Origin: Lama guanicoe | Lineage: Eukaryota | Direction: 5' to 3' | Length of the DNA stretch: 64,000 nucleotides | NCBI GenBank assembly: GCA_013239625.1 | Contig: MU056050.1 | Span: 3,272,084-3,336,083 of the forward strand | In this document: in pieces, positions 1 through 12,800 of the stretch | Layout: every line of letters starts with the position of its first letter | How positions within the stretch are numbered: the stretch's first letter is position 1 | Program-made: the position numbers and the translations under genes | Notes under the pieces: model-generated | The model's input: the letters and a program-made list of their open reading frames with translations, nothing else | What the model was told of the DNA's origin: nothing | Database searches by the model: none

Positions 1-879
1 TTGTGATGACTCTTCTAGAATGTGCATTTTGACTGATTTTATAGGTTGTGATTTTCTCACCGCAGGCATTCAGAATTGGCATTCAAACACTAGGAGAGCC
101 AAGTTTAATTAACTTAGACTTCTGAATAAAGAGACAACCAGAGAGCAAGAGGGACATCCAATGCTATGGCTACAATTTGCTGTTCAAACTGCAGAACCAT
201 ATGCACTGCTGCTTTTATTGCCTCTTCACCTTATCAGCTGAAAATTGTGCCACATCAAGAAAATGATCTCTGTGATCCACATTTTATCCCATTTATGACC
301 TCTCTCCTTTCTGCTTTCCTTCAGAATCAGTGCAATGTATAATTTGGCTCCTGAGATCAGAGACTGAGGTCAAATTGAAAGGAGTCAACTCCAGGAGGAC
401 GGCTTTGAATAGTAAAGGATTAACGCTAGAGGATAATCAGGTAGATTCTCTGAGGACTCCAGAAAACTTTTGGTTTATATCTGGTAATTTTGGGATGAGA
501 TTGGGTAGAAAAGGACAGATAAAAGATCAAAATATATCTTGTCTCTAAGTGGCATGCATGTGTCTATGCACATACACACACAACACAAAAAGAAATTCAC
601 GATATTCTGGCAACCCACAATCAAGTTCAAATCTCCCTGCTCTAAAATACATCTCACTACTCTTCTACTTGACCTTGGGCAGAATGATGAAGCAACAATA
701 GTGAAGGAGCCTAAAAATTCTGGAGAACCTATAGAAATCATTTCTCCCAAGGGAACAACTACATAATAGTATTAACTTCTACTGAAAGTTTAAGCAGGAT
801 GAGAACTAAAATGAGGATTTGGCCAAAATGTCAGTGACTGTAATAGAATAATGGAAATAGAAGTCAAATTACAGTGTAC

Positions 880-2030
880 TTCATTTATTTGATTTAATAA
901 ACACTTATTTTGCTCTTACTATGTATCAAACATTGTTATAGCTGATGAGGATTCAGACAAAAATCCCTACTCTATAGAGCTTAAATTCTAGTGGGAAAAG
1001 CAGATAAATAATAAGACAATTGAGTTAAAGTATGATAGATGGTGATAAAGGCTAAAGGGAAAATTAAAACAGAGAAGGGAGATAGAGTGTTATGTGTGAG
1101 TAAGGAATCTGAGTCGTAATTTTGTATTACATGGTCAGGTAAGGACTCACAGAGTAGGTTATAATTAAGTAAAGACCCGAAAAAATTAAGGAATAATCCA
1201 TGAAGAACTTAATGGTAAAGGAAGAAGGATTTACAAGACAATGGAGAAATTAATAATGCAAGCAAGAGAGAAATAAAGGTTTAAGCTCCAAAGGAAGTGA
1301 GGAATGTACAGGATTGAAAACACAGAGTGAGAGCTGACATGGAGGAGAAGGAGGGTTACTTCTGACTGTGAAACTTCTGGTGAGACTGAGCATAAACACA
1401 GGAATGCTGAAGGTGGGGTGACAGGAAGTTGAGGAAGCTTCATGACTGACGGCCTGTATTTACTCTGTGAGGTAAGAAGCAACAGCAACTTCTGCTGTCT
1501 GTAAGGGTGTGGGTAAAGTTAGTAGTTCAAACAAGATGGTGTCAGAGCAATAAGAATGGGTTACTTAGAAAAGTTGCTGACTTAGGGATAAAAATAAGGA
1601 CAGGAGATAGTCTTAGTCTTAAGGGCTCGGCTAAGGTTTGATATTATGAATCTGAAGTGGCACCAATCAATCAGGTAGGTGATTTTCTTTGGCAATGGTC
1701 AGCGTAATGAGAGAAAGAAGAAAGAAAACATCAAGTGAAAAAGATCCAAGATTGGCAAGATGGTGCAACACAAGTATGTCAATGAGTTCCCGGTTAAAAT
1801 ATGTTGCGATTAGTAAGAAAGAAAGCATGAAAAAGTCTGAAGGGTAGATAGGTAGCTAGGGAGTTGAGAGGACCTAGAGTTCTTGATGATACCAGAGGCG
1901 ATTTAGCGAGAGGGAAGGAGTGGAAACAGTGTTAGTGACTTGCTAAAGTGGAATGGAGACAATGATCAGTGGACTGAAAAAGGTCAAGGAACTATGAAGG
2001 TAGGATTTCAGATGAGTTATCTGCCAAACT
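880..2030 (-). mobile_element. Old L2 LINE 3' fragment
   Basis: Begins with a reversed L2-type tail (tttatttgatttaataaacacttatt...tactatgtatcaaacattg...ccctactctatagagcttaaattctagtggg), then purine-rich L2-like sequence; right boundary uncertain. Confidence 0.6.
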
Positions 2031-3840
2031 TAGAGGCAGATTATTTCAGGTAGATATTTTTTTCTATCAAAAAAGTAGATTCATCAGTCCAAACCAAAAA
2101 TTAGGAAGAGTATAAACCTAGTACACATAGCATCATTCTCATGGTCTAAAAAACATTAAAATGCCAATTACAAAAAACCTATTGTGATAGAACAACAGAA
2201 AATATATTTTGTGAATACTGGTTGGAGAAATAATCTCAAAATCTAAAGACATACTTTAACTAAATAGATACTCTCAACTGTTGTTACACAAAATAGTGGA
2301 AAACACATTTACGCTTAAATAATGACTACTAAAGTAATAAAATGCATTAACTCTGGGCAAGTAGGATAAATTTATTCAATAAAAGATAACACAAGTCCAG
2401 CTATACTGCAGTAAACTCTATCTGGTAGGATAATAGAAAAATATAAAATTGAATTGGGTTAAAAATGATCTTTTTTGCAAATGGACATGTAGAGAATATT
2501 TTGTACTTGAAGACTGAATATTAGCCAACATCCCTAAAGAAAAAAGAAAAAAAATATTAATTCAAGTCTGTTTCATAGCCTTCTCACCTATGTAATTTTC
2601 ATTATTGTTATTTTCAGATGTTCCGACTTAATTAAAGCCATTAGTACCCAGGAATAAATGAAAGTATGTTTGCTATTTCATAGGTCTGTAAGATTTTCAA
2701 CTATTTTACATTTGACAACTGGTGTCCAAATTTTCTTGTATTTATTTTTATAAGTCATAATTCTTAAAGTCAAGACAAACCTTGACTGTAGAAGCATATA
2801 CTAAACTTTCATCTATGACTTTTCATTGATGTCTTTTCTTACCTTATTTAGCCATTATCTGCCATTTAGAAAGTATGTATACAAAACCATCTTTCCTAAC
2901 CATTATTGGGCATGACTTATAATGCATTGCTTTGTGTGGAATTCTCCACCCACAGAAATAATAATTCCATACAAATAAAATTAAACTCAGATGTTTGATC
3001 AAACTGTTATGTTGAACCATGCTAGAAATAGAGATTTTAAAAAGGATAGAGTTTGAGTAAGTATAATGAAGAGCATGTAACATGCTGGAGGGTTCTAATA
3101 TCTTCCTTTTTAGGATTCCTTAATTAAGTCCTTCATTGTGTGTGGTTACCTCTCAGTTTTAATTTTGCAGTAATTTTGCCATTAAAACTTAAGTTCTCTG
3201 AAGGATCAGGGTGACAGGTGAAGGGGAGAAAAGGGAAGTTGAAGTTTCTGCCTTTCCCTCTTATCCAGATCATATTTCCTGTCATTTTACATTTTGGATT
3301 CTTTTGGAAATGACAGTCACAAATACAAGAGGGAAAAGAAGACTCGGGGAGGGAGGATGGGAAATAAAGACAAGGGGAAGGGAAGGTTTGTGTACAGGAG
3401 GTAGGAAGGTACTTTGGAGGAGCTTTCCTACCTTACACATGTTTGGGGAGCGGGATGGTAAGGGGAAAGAAGTAAATTCATCAATAAAGTCACCATAGGA
3501 AGAGAATAAGAGTGCTCTTATAGGAACCATGAAGGGATGTTATGTAAGGTAGTGGGACTTGCAGTTTTTTTAAAAATACGTCGTTATTATATACCATCAT
3601 ATTGTGTCCTAGACACACATTTTACTCACTGCCATTTCAATTCTAACTGCCAGTTATCCTTCTTGCTAGAACCTAAGCTGTTAAAGCCAAATTTAGTAAA
3701 GCAGATCATATGAGAAATGAGTCTCAATATTCTTTTAGGTTATTCTAGTTTCCACTGGGAACATTTTGCTTGCGCTTCCTTTGGACTTCTCACTTCAGAA
3801 AAACCTTGCCACCTGAAGGCATCCTTTAAAATACAGATGG

Positions 3841-4375
3841 GTCACATGAAAAGATGCTGAACTATGCTAATAACTAGGGAAATGCAAATCAAAACCACAA
3901 TGAGTTATCACATTACATCTGTCAGAACGGTGATCATCAGAAAAGAACACAAACAACAAATGTTGGCTTTGATGTGGAAAAAAGAGAACTCTTGTACACT
4001 GTTGGTGGAAATGTAAATTGGTGTGGCCACTGTGAAAACAAACTAGTGAATGCAACAAAAAAGAAACAGACTCACAGATACAGACAACAAACTAGTGGTT
4101 ACCAGTGGAGGGAGAGAAGGAAGCAGAGGCAATTTAGGGGTAGGGGATTAAGAGGTACAAACTAGAATGTATAAAGTAAGCTACAAGGATGTAATGTATA
4201 CCACAGAGAATATAGCTAATATTTTATAATAATTACAAGTGAAACATAACCTTCAAAAATTATGAATCACTATACTGTACACCTATAACATATAATATTG
4301 TACATCAACTATACTTCAATTAAAAAAAGGAAAAAATATTAGTGCACATAAAAATAAACAAAACAAAATAAAATG
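3841..4375 (+). mobile_element. 5'-truncated, internally deleted L1 (ORF2 end plus 3'UTR and A tail)
   Basis: gaaatgcaaatcaaaaccacaatgag matches the ORF2 end of the full-length copy (~51995-52020), followed by an L1 3'UTR ending tatacttcaattaaaaaaa. Flanks are aaatacaga(t/c)gg. Confidence 0.85.
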
Positions 4376-4701
4376 AAATACAGACGGAAAGTCCTATAAA
4401 GAGTCTGTCATGGTAAGACCATTTAAATGATAAATCAGATTCTTGGTACAAAAGAAATATTAGGGAAGTTAACTCCTAAGAGAAGGGGACAATATACACA
4501 GCACAGTTACTCTAATTGTTGCCAACATGATAAATTATGCCAATAAGTATGCTTTTGCTTCTCAAGGTCAGTAGGTTGAAAACAGAGTTGTCAACATAGG
4601 GGCTTTCTATTATCCACAAATATTTGATGACTATCAGACAATAAAAAAATAATAATTCTTTAGCCACTATCTCAGAAAGATGAGAAAAGATCTTTTCTGG
4701 A

Positions 4702-4988
4702 TAGCGTTTTTGAATCTTCAGGTACTGATCCACTAGTGGGTTATGAAATCAATGTATGGTGTCATGAAAGGCACTTTAAAACAAAAGAAAAGAATATTCT
4801 AGGGTAGGGTAGAATAGGATAGGATAGGATAGGATGGGATAGGATAGGATAGGATATCACAGTGCATTGGTATGTTGTGCTTTGTGAAACTTGTTTAGTA
4901 TAGATGCACATATTTTGAGTTTAGTGGGTTGCAATGGAAACTGTATTTCTTATTGTGGATCACTGCCAAAAAGGTTTGAAAGTTACTG
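4702..4988. mobile_element. hAT-Charlie non-autonomous DNA transposon (Charlie18a-like)
   Basis: Shares blocks with 16195-16446 (tagtgggttat.aaa, tgtatttctta.t.tgg, caaaaagg) and has a hAT-like end tttgaaagttactg; family name from memory. Confidence 0.6.
4801..4856 (+). repeat. (GATAG)n microsatellite
   Basis: Visible pentamer run inside the DNA transposon. Confidence 0.9.
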
Positions 4989-5236
4989 TTTTAACAGGTG
5001 TCTCTACATCTCACAGAGAGTAAAGCTTTACTCATGACCACAGAGATAACCAGAAGATTATTTTTCTCTGAAAGAAAATCATATTTATCTCATTTTCAGG
5101 AGAACAAATACTTCTCAACTGGGAAAAATGATATATAGATGAATATGAATCTCCCAGATGATAAAAAAAATCAGCAAGTTGGAACAATAGAAACATAAAA
5201 GAAAAAAGAGAAAACTCCCTGTGAAAACAGAAGGGC

Positions 5237-5665
5237 AAAAGTGGAGACAATTCAAATGCTTATCAACTGATGAATGGATAGATAAAATGCATTGTATCCA
5301 TACAATAGACCGTTATTTGGCAATTAAAAGGAATGAAATGCTGATGCATGTTATACCATGGACAAATCCTGGAAACACACAAAGTGAAAGAAGTCAGACA
5401 CAAAATGCTACCTATTATATGATTTCCATTTGTATGAAATATTCAGAATAGGCAAATCTATAGAGACAGCAAGTAGATTAGTGCTTTACTAGAGCTGGGT
5501 GATACAGGGCTAGGGGGATGATAGCTAAAGGGAGGAGTCTCTTTTTGAGGTGTTGAAAATGTTCTAAAATCGACTACGGTTGTGGTTGCATACAACTGTG
5601 AATATACTGAAAACCACTGAATTGGATGGCATGTGAACTATATCTCCAAAAAGATTTTTAACAAA
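5237..5665 (+). mobile_element. L1MB-type 3' end fragment
   Basis: caactgatgaatggata...aagtgaaagaagtcagacacaaaa...taggcaaatctatagagacag...gtagattagtg, typical of old L1 3' ends. Confidence 0.8.
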
Positions 5666-6014
5666 ACAGAACATTCTTCAAAAACAAGAGGCTCAGAAGC
5701 AACGTCAGTATCAATATTAAGCACAGGTCAGGAAAAACAACCACTAAGCCAAACTTTGATGGAGCACCATTGCTTTGCCTAGTCAGTATTTTTCAAGTCT
5801 GACAATGTAGCTAACACCTAAAGAGTAGACTTGAGCCAAGGGACAGAGATAAACTATATCTTGGTGACATAAATTGAGCCCTGATCAAGTCATACCTGAA
5901 GACAAATCTACACCTGAAGTCAAACATTCACCTTGTCTTTATGCCAGATTGAACAGAGTAATCTGGTTATGGTTTAAAGCCTGGAAAATAGGGATAATAG
6001 CAGGAAATTGTGCA

Positions 6015-6478
6015 AGGCTTAAATCAAGGTGTAGACCAGGTTGTGTACTCATCTGAAGCTAGGGTCTTCATCCAAGTTTATTTCTTTTTTTGGCAGAATT
6101 TAATTCCTTGTGGTTGTAGGTCTGGGGTCCCCCATCCTATTGCTCTTTGTTGGCCAAGCACCACTCTCAGCATCTAGAGACCACTCTCAGGTCTGTCCCA
6201 TGGCCTCCTACATGTCAACAACAGAGAACCTTCTTCACACTGAATCCCTCTCATTCCTCAAATATGACTTTTCCTTCTGCCACCAGCTACTCTATGCTTT
6301 TAAAGGACTCATGAAATTAGGTTAGGTCCACCTAGGCTATCTCCCAGTCTTAAAGTCAACTGATTAGTAACCTTAATTACATCCACAAAGTTGATTTTGT
6401 CATGTAACCTAAAATAATCATGGGAGTAACATCAAGGAGTAGAGATCATAGGGGCCATCTTAGAATTCTGCTTACCAG
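6015..6478 (-). mobile_element. MLT1 (ERVL-MaLR) solo LTR
   Basis: ggcagaatttaattccttgtggttgtagg, cttaaagtcaactgattagtaaccttaattacatc and ggccatcttagaattctgc..acca are reverse MLT1D/E-like motifs. Confidence 0.75.
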
Positions 6479-6534
6479 ATATTTGATATGTTTTTTGATG
6501 CAATCTGAAAATTTCTTTCTTGTAGTAGATGAGT

Positions 6535-7027
6535 ATATTAATAAGGATTAAGTTCAGCTCTAAGTGAAAGAAATTTGTTTCTTAAACTTAGATAGAAGTT
6601 TATTTTTCCTCATACATATAAATATATGAATGGGTATTTAGGGTTGGTATGGTAGCTTCACAGTAATTTAATCTTTAATGATTCAGGTTTCTTCCACTTT
6701 ATTGTTCTTCCATCCACAATACAGTTTCCATTTGTGGCCAGAAATGACTGAGATAGCACCATTCATAACATATGTATCCCAGCCAGTGAAGGAGAAAAGA
6801 GGAGATGCAAATATCCATTATCTTTAAAAATATTTTCCTATAAATTGTACATATACTTTCTTTTTATATTTCAGAACATAGTCATATGAGCAAACCTAGA
6901 TGTAAGAGCCCCTAGAAAATTAAGTTTGTTTATTGTGGTGGTCAGAGTCCAGCTAATATTTGTTGGTTCATTATTAAGTAAGAAGGATATAACAGATACT
7001 GAAGAAAAACTATCAGCCTCTGCCACA
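6535..7027 (-). mobile_element. Older MLT1 (J/K-like) LTR
   Basis: atagaagtttatttttcctca, cagaacatagtcatatg and terminal ctctgccaca resemble reverse MLT1J/K. Confidence 0.55.
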
Positions 7028-7338
7028 GTATGTTTATCCCACTGACAAATACTAATATGGTGACTTTTTATGTTTAATTATGTCATATTTTATGTTTTCT
7101 AAATATTTTGTTTCTTTTCTCTTAATTGATATAGTATATATTTTCTGTTCGTTGTGTGTATTATATGTGCATGTTTCTTCCGATAAAGTAGAAGTTCTGT
7201 ATCCTGTTTTTAGTTCTACTAATACCTACTAGTGGTTATCTTTGTAGTTATACATTTATAAAATATTTTATTTCATAATTCACTTCCTCATTTATTTATT
7301 TATATTTATAAAATATCATACATTTTTGTAGCCAGTAT

Positions 7339-7480
7339 CCAGGGATGGTATTAGGGAGAGGCAAGTGAGGCTCCTAGGGCACAGATTTAAGAAGGCACTC
7401 ACTCTTTTGTGAAGGGTAGTGTTGGCACCTGAGATTGAGTGCTACCTTAAAGTCAGTGCTCTAGACACCTTGCTTGCTTC
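7339..7480. mobile_element. Palindromic hAT MITE (MER91-like)
   Basis: Imperfect inverted arms at 7358-7405 and 7431-7480; starts caggg; family name from memory. Confidence 0.65.
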
Positions 7481-7519
7481 ATATTTCATGAGTTCTATTT
7501 TTCACCCCCATGACTTTGT

Positions 7520-8330
7520 AGGGACTGATTCACTGTCTTCTGTTAAAAGAGTGTTGAACTTTACTGTGAAGTAGTCTCAGGGCAGCCTTATATATATGTA
7601 ACTGTTTTACCTAGATGTACTAAAGATTCTTGAAGCCCTGTTACTTTACTGGTGTGCATCTCAGTGGTCATTCTTTTAACACTTTTCCTAGGATATGTTT
7701 GCTTTTTCAACCTATAATTTAATGTATTTAATTTCTAGCATGTTTTCTTGAATTTTATCTTTGCATATTTTGGTAATACTTTTGTTTGGTTCTCTTCTTT
7801 GGGAATAACATTTGCATTTAGATTGGATCTCCTTTGCCCACATTACATAAATTTGATTTTCTTTCTATTTCTTTAAAACTATTTGTTTATCCCATTAATT
7901 TCCCTTGCTTTTCTCTGTTCCTCATGTGTCTTAAGTGTATTTTTGGCAATGTCTGTTCTCCTTAATGCTGCTTCTGATGTTTGCTTCATTTTCATGATTA
8001 TTTTTTTCTCTTTTGTTACTTTCCTGAGCTTCACTGTCTCACATTTTATTCCTTTATGTTGTTTCATTATAGCTTTATCACTCTCCTTTGAGCTCTCTCA
8101 TTTATGTACTATGCCTTTTCAAGGCAATATTTTTTGTTTCAAGTTTTTTCTGCTTGTGGGTCATATTTCTCTAGTGAGTACTTATCTGCCATTTATTTTT
8201 CCTATTTATTTCCTTATTTTTTCTTGTAGTTCCTTTGTAGAGATTATGTTTTGGTTCCATTTAGATTATTACTTATCTTTGAATAAGGTTAGTTCTTCCT
8301 AGACCAGCTATAAGTAACACGTTCATGTAG
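7520..8330 (-). mobile_element. Ancient L1/HAL1 ORF1-region relic
   Basis: T-rich + strand; the minus-strand peptide at 7879-8067 is K/E-rich and coiled-coil-like, resembling degraded ORF1. Confidence 0.5.
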
Positions 8331-8395
8331 GGGGGACAGGCTAATGCACTGCTCCCGACTAACAGGAATTTTCACTGATTCAGAGTAAAGATCTT

Positions 8396-8399
<4 letters not shown>

Positions 8400-8436
<37 letters not shown>
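8400..8436 (+). repeat. (TG)n microsatellite
   Basis: About 18 perfect TG units. Confidence 0.97.
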
Positions 8437-8438
<2 letters not shown>

Positions 8439-8929
8439 GCAGAGAGGTAAAACTGTTTTATATTTTATTTATCTCCAGTCAATGAATATTGGAAGCTGTA
8501 AAGCTACTCAAAATTCAGTCTCTCTCCTCTATCGTTACTCAAAATGATCACTGCAAAGATGATGTATGTATATGCTTCCTTGTTCAGACTTGAACTCCCT
8601 TTTGCCCATGGAAGCTTCCACCAACAGTCTACAGAACCCATTACCATTTTTCTAAATAAAGGATTATTGGTTTATTTCACAGTGTGAGCTGATTACTTTG
8701 GGGATGTTTGCTCTGCTTTGTCTGAAAACTAGTCATCTCTAGGCATCTTCCAACATTCTTTGATCATTGTGGCACTTCGGAGCCTTTATCCATTCATTGT
8801 GATTCAGACATAAAATTATTCTGCTTTTCATTCTCCTTTTGTTTTGGGGTAATTTTAGAGAAAAGAAAGGGCAGGGTCCACTTTACTTTGCCATTCTAAA
8901 AATGTTAGTCACCTTTAGATTTTCCTTAG

Positions 8930-9250
8930 GCCACAATGTCTTTCTTCTCTGCCCGTGTGACAAATTCCTACTTATCCTTTAAGTCTTAGCTCAACTGTCA
9001 CATACTTTATGAAACTTTATTCTACTTCCTCAAGATAACTTAGGCACTCTCTGCTCTGTGTTCTCATTGTATTTTGGACATATTTATTATAAAGGACATA
9101 TTGTATTGAATTTTAATTGTTTGCATATCTCTCTTTCTACTAGGCTGAGTTTTCTAGGGCAGGGGCTGTGATTTATTGGTCTTTTTATCTCCACCACTTG
9201 CTTGACAAATAGTGGTTATTCAATAAATATTGTTGAATTAGTGAATGGAT
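8930..9250 (+). mobile_element. L2 3' end
   Basis: aattcctacttatcctttaagtcttagctcaa ... caataaatattgttgaattagtgaatg tail. Confidence 0.7.
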
Positions 9251-9259
9251 TCCAATCAA

Positions 9260-9833
9260 TATTCTGCAATGCCATAACAGTTGTCTTTCTAAAGTACACA
9301 TCTTATCACATTAACAAATAAATTGGTGGGGCTCCACATTTTCAGGAGAAAAATGTGGAGCAGAGGAGGTCCTTGCAAACTGGCCTGAAATTATCTTGAA
9401 GTATTATATTTTATCTGTCTCTGTTAGCCTGCTATCACTTAGCCAGACTTAATTTCTTGCAATTTATAAAATATGCCATGTTTTTTAATGACTCCGTGAT
9501 TAAGCATATTCTGTTTACTCTGCCTGAAATGTCCTTCCTTTTCTGCCTGGTAAATTCGTATTCACACTTCAAATATCACCTTCTATGTGAAGCCTTTCCA
9601 GATTGCCCCAGTTTGTTATTTTATTCTCCATGCTTTCATTGCATGCATTTTGCGTATCTCTTTATTATAAAAATTACTATATCACACCATAGTTATTTGT
9701 TTGTCTACTCCTCCACCCCACCAGCTGATTATAAACTACTCAAGGTCAGAAAAAATCTAATTATTTATTTCTGGGTCCCCAGTCCTTTGTACATGGTAGG
9801 TGCTTGACAAATGCTTGTTGAATAAATAAATTC
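9260..9833 (+). mobile_element. L2 3' end (second copy)
   Basis: ctgcctgaaatgtccttcc, gtgaagcctttcc, acatggtaggtgcttgacaaatgcttgttgaataaataaat tail. Confidence 0.75.
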
Positions 9834-12800
9834 TAGTGTTGAAACAGACTTTAATAAATGCTAACACATGCTTTCACTTTAAATTGTAAAAAACATTTTA
9901 TTCTACTTATATCTTCCAGACCCTTCAAATGACTTTACTCACTGAATCAATTCTGGACATAAATAATGACTCGCAGAAATCATTTGATGAGTTTGCTCTT
10001 ACAGAACTGTCCCACCATGCGGCACTCACCTAGTAACTTGCATTTGAGCTCCTCCAAGTGTGGTTTATTTCAGAAATCTTAACTAGTGAATTAGATCGAC
10101 CTTGCAGTGATCCAATCAAACCCATCGTGATAGGCTGTCTTGACAATTGGGAAAAAATATTGATCTTATTCTGGTCAGTTGGCCCAGTTGCATAGAGACA
10201 AGCTAATAAAGCCATCAGAATTACTTTTTATCAAAACCACTAGGTCTAAGTAAGCAAGCTGCTAAGTAGAAAGCCTGTGACATTTTGTTTTTAATCCTTA
10301 TCTCTTCCCCAACACTTCCCTATATCTCTCCTATAAGAATGCCTTGCTCCCAAAGGGGATTTTAAGATGTTTAATAACTTAAAAAGTCTCACAAAAAGTA
10401 ATAATTTTTCATACAATAGCTGAAGTAAAGCAAATTCATACACTGCAGCTAATTATATTTAAGGCATCAAATTGATTCTTTTCAACTCATTGGCATATGA
10501 TGCATGCTGCTAATTAGATAGGGAAATCTTGTCACAATGGCTTGGTCTATAGTAGATTAAAATTGCAAAATTTATATTTAACAGTCCAATCATATATCCA
10601 TAATACATTTTTCCCTTTCAGAAAATGTTTTCTAGAAGAAATTTATTTCCCTTCTGAACAAATAAAACTAAGTTTAACTGAGTTTCTTACTAAAATTCCT
10701 CCTTTTGTAAATATGTTCACCATTTCCAACTTAATTTTTTAATCTTTTGGCTAGAGGTACCTGAGAATGTATATATTTCTAATGTCTAGATTGAGCAATT
10801 AAACATATTAAGGCTTCAGTTTGGTATTGGGTGCATTACATAGGAAAACATTGATTACTACTTAATATATATACTATCCCCCAAAATGTGTAATAAGTTT
10901 GAGGTTGATTTCTTTATTACTCTAATAATAACTGTCAAGGTGCACCATTCATATAATAAGACTTTAAGTTTTGCAAAATACATAGGATAAATATAACCAG
11001 TAATTTAAAGATTGTTCATAATGCAGTATCTTGAGGAATGATCTTGCCTGGAGCAAGTGCTTGGTTTTTTTATGTCCATATCCCTCTTGTGTTAATTAAA
11101 AATGTTATTTTATCATATCCATGTTAGAAAATGTGACATTTAACATAACTAATTTACTTAACAGGAAAAGATGAACAAATTGCTGACCTAATTTTTTTGC
11201 CACACATTTCACATATTTGAACTTCACACCTATCACATAGAAGGGGTTATACGATGAAACAATTAAAATCATAAGAAATCTGAAAAAAAAAGACTAAATA
11301 TTTTTCCTTCAACAAACATATATTTCCCCTTTCCTGTAAATGACTAGTAAGTCTTAATTGCACTAAAAATGGAGCCCACCTTAAATAAACCCAGCTAGCA
11401 AAAAGCCCAAGTTATGAAAATCATCAATTTGGGAATAGGGTAATTACTTGCATTATAATGTGACCAGATTTTCTAAAAGATTAGTTTGTATACTGATTCC
11501 ACCCAGTAGGTAAAACTATGAAATGATTTGCATACAGCGAACACTTTAGGAACATGCTTCACGCCGGTACTAAGAGACACCTGAGTTTCAACAGAGCGCT
11601 TAAAAACTTACATTCTTAAACAAGCTAGCAAGTACTCAAATGCACCGTGATAAGGCGGCAGTTGCTATGCATTAAAGTTACAAGACCTATAAACATATTA
11701 TTGGAGAATTATTTTCTGGAGCAAAACAAAAATGGAACTGGCATGGAGAGGGAAAGAGCCAGAACAGTGACGAACAAACAGCAGTCTTTTCTCATCCATA
11801 TCAGGACTGGGTAATAAATTACTCTCTTCTCTCTCACACTGTCAGGAGAAAACGATGTTTAGATTAAACCTCGCTAAGGCCTAAAAGGATAATTTGTCAG
11901 TATTTTCCAGTTTACTACCAACACAGTATTGATTTGCTAGGGCTCTTCTTTTCTATTTTATTTACACTAATTCAATCTGGAACAACTGAAACCTAACTTG
12001 TTGGAAAGCAAGATTTTTCTTTATTTTACGTCTCACAGGTCCAAAGTATAAGGTACAAGAAAATATGTCCAAATTATTCTTTTTAGTTCTTGTGGGTAAA
12101 GACCAACCTATTTGTTGGAGGCAAACTATTATCTGAGAAAATCACTTTTCTGCAGAGATTTACCTTGGGCTAATTTCTTTTCATAAAACTGTAGTTCTTA
12201 GGAGAACGTGATAAAAAAAAACAAGTTCCAAATGACTGCCCAATTTAGCAGACTCGTGACTCTAGTTCTAGGCAGCTGCTTAGAAACGAGAAGTAAAACA
12301 GAAACATCTTGATAAACCTTCTTGTGGCTGAAGCTGATAAAAATGGCAGCATTAGTTTGATGTACAAATGACAGAGCTTAGGGACAAAACTACACTTGAG
12401 GGAAAAGATAAAATTACTATTCAAATTCTTACTGTTCCCTGTGCAAGCTATACAAATTAATAGAAGGTATCCTATACATCTGGGACTGAAGTGAAAGCAT
12501 CTAAAGCTTAAAATAATTTGTGCACGTATGTTGTGGGCAAGTAAACAAATGTATATCAAATACTTAATCCATGGGACTATTGTTGTCTGTTTCCTTTTGT
12601 TTTTCCTTCCTGAGGTACCTCAATATCAGCTGTGGCATTGTTTTGACACCAGTAAGTATGGGAGAACTGGTGAAAATATCATGAGTTGATGGGTTCACGA
12701 CTCTCTTGAGGCTGAAATGTTGAAATTTCATTTCCCACTCCTTTTTTCAACTTTTACACACGTTTCCTCAACTCTGACATGACTTGGGATTAGTAAAATC

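Noticed and set aside
7883..9807. Hydrophobic ORFs at 7883-8302 and 9457-9807 resembling membrane proteins
   Set aside because: They arise from T-rich strands of decayed L1/HAL1 and L2 relics.
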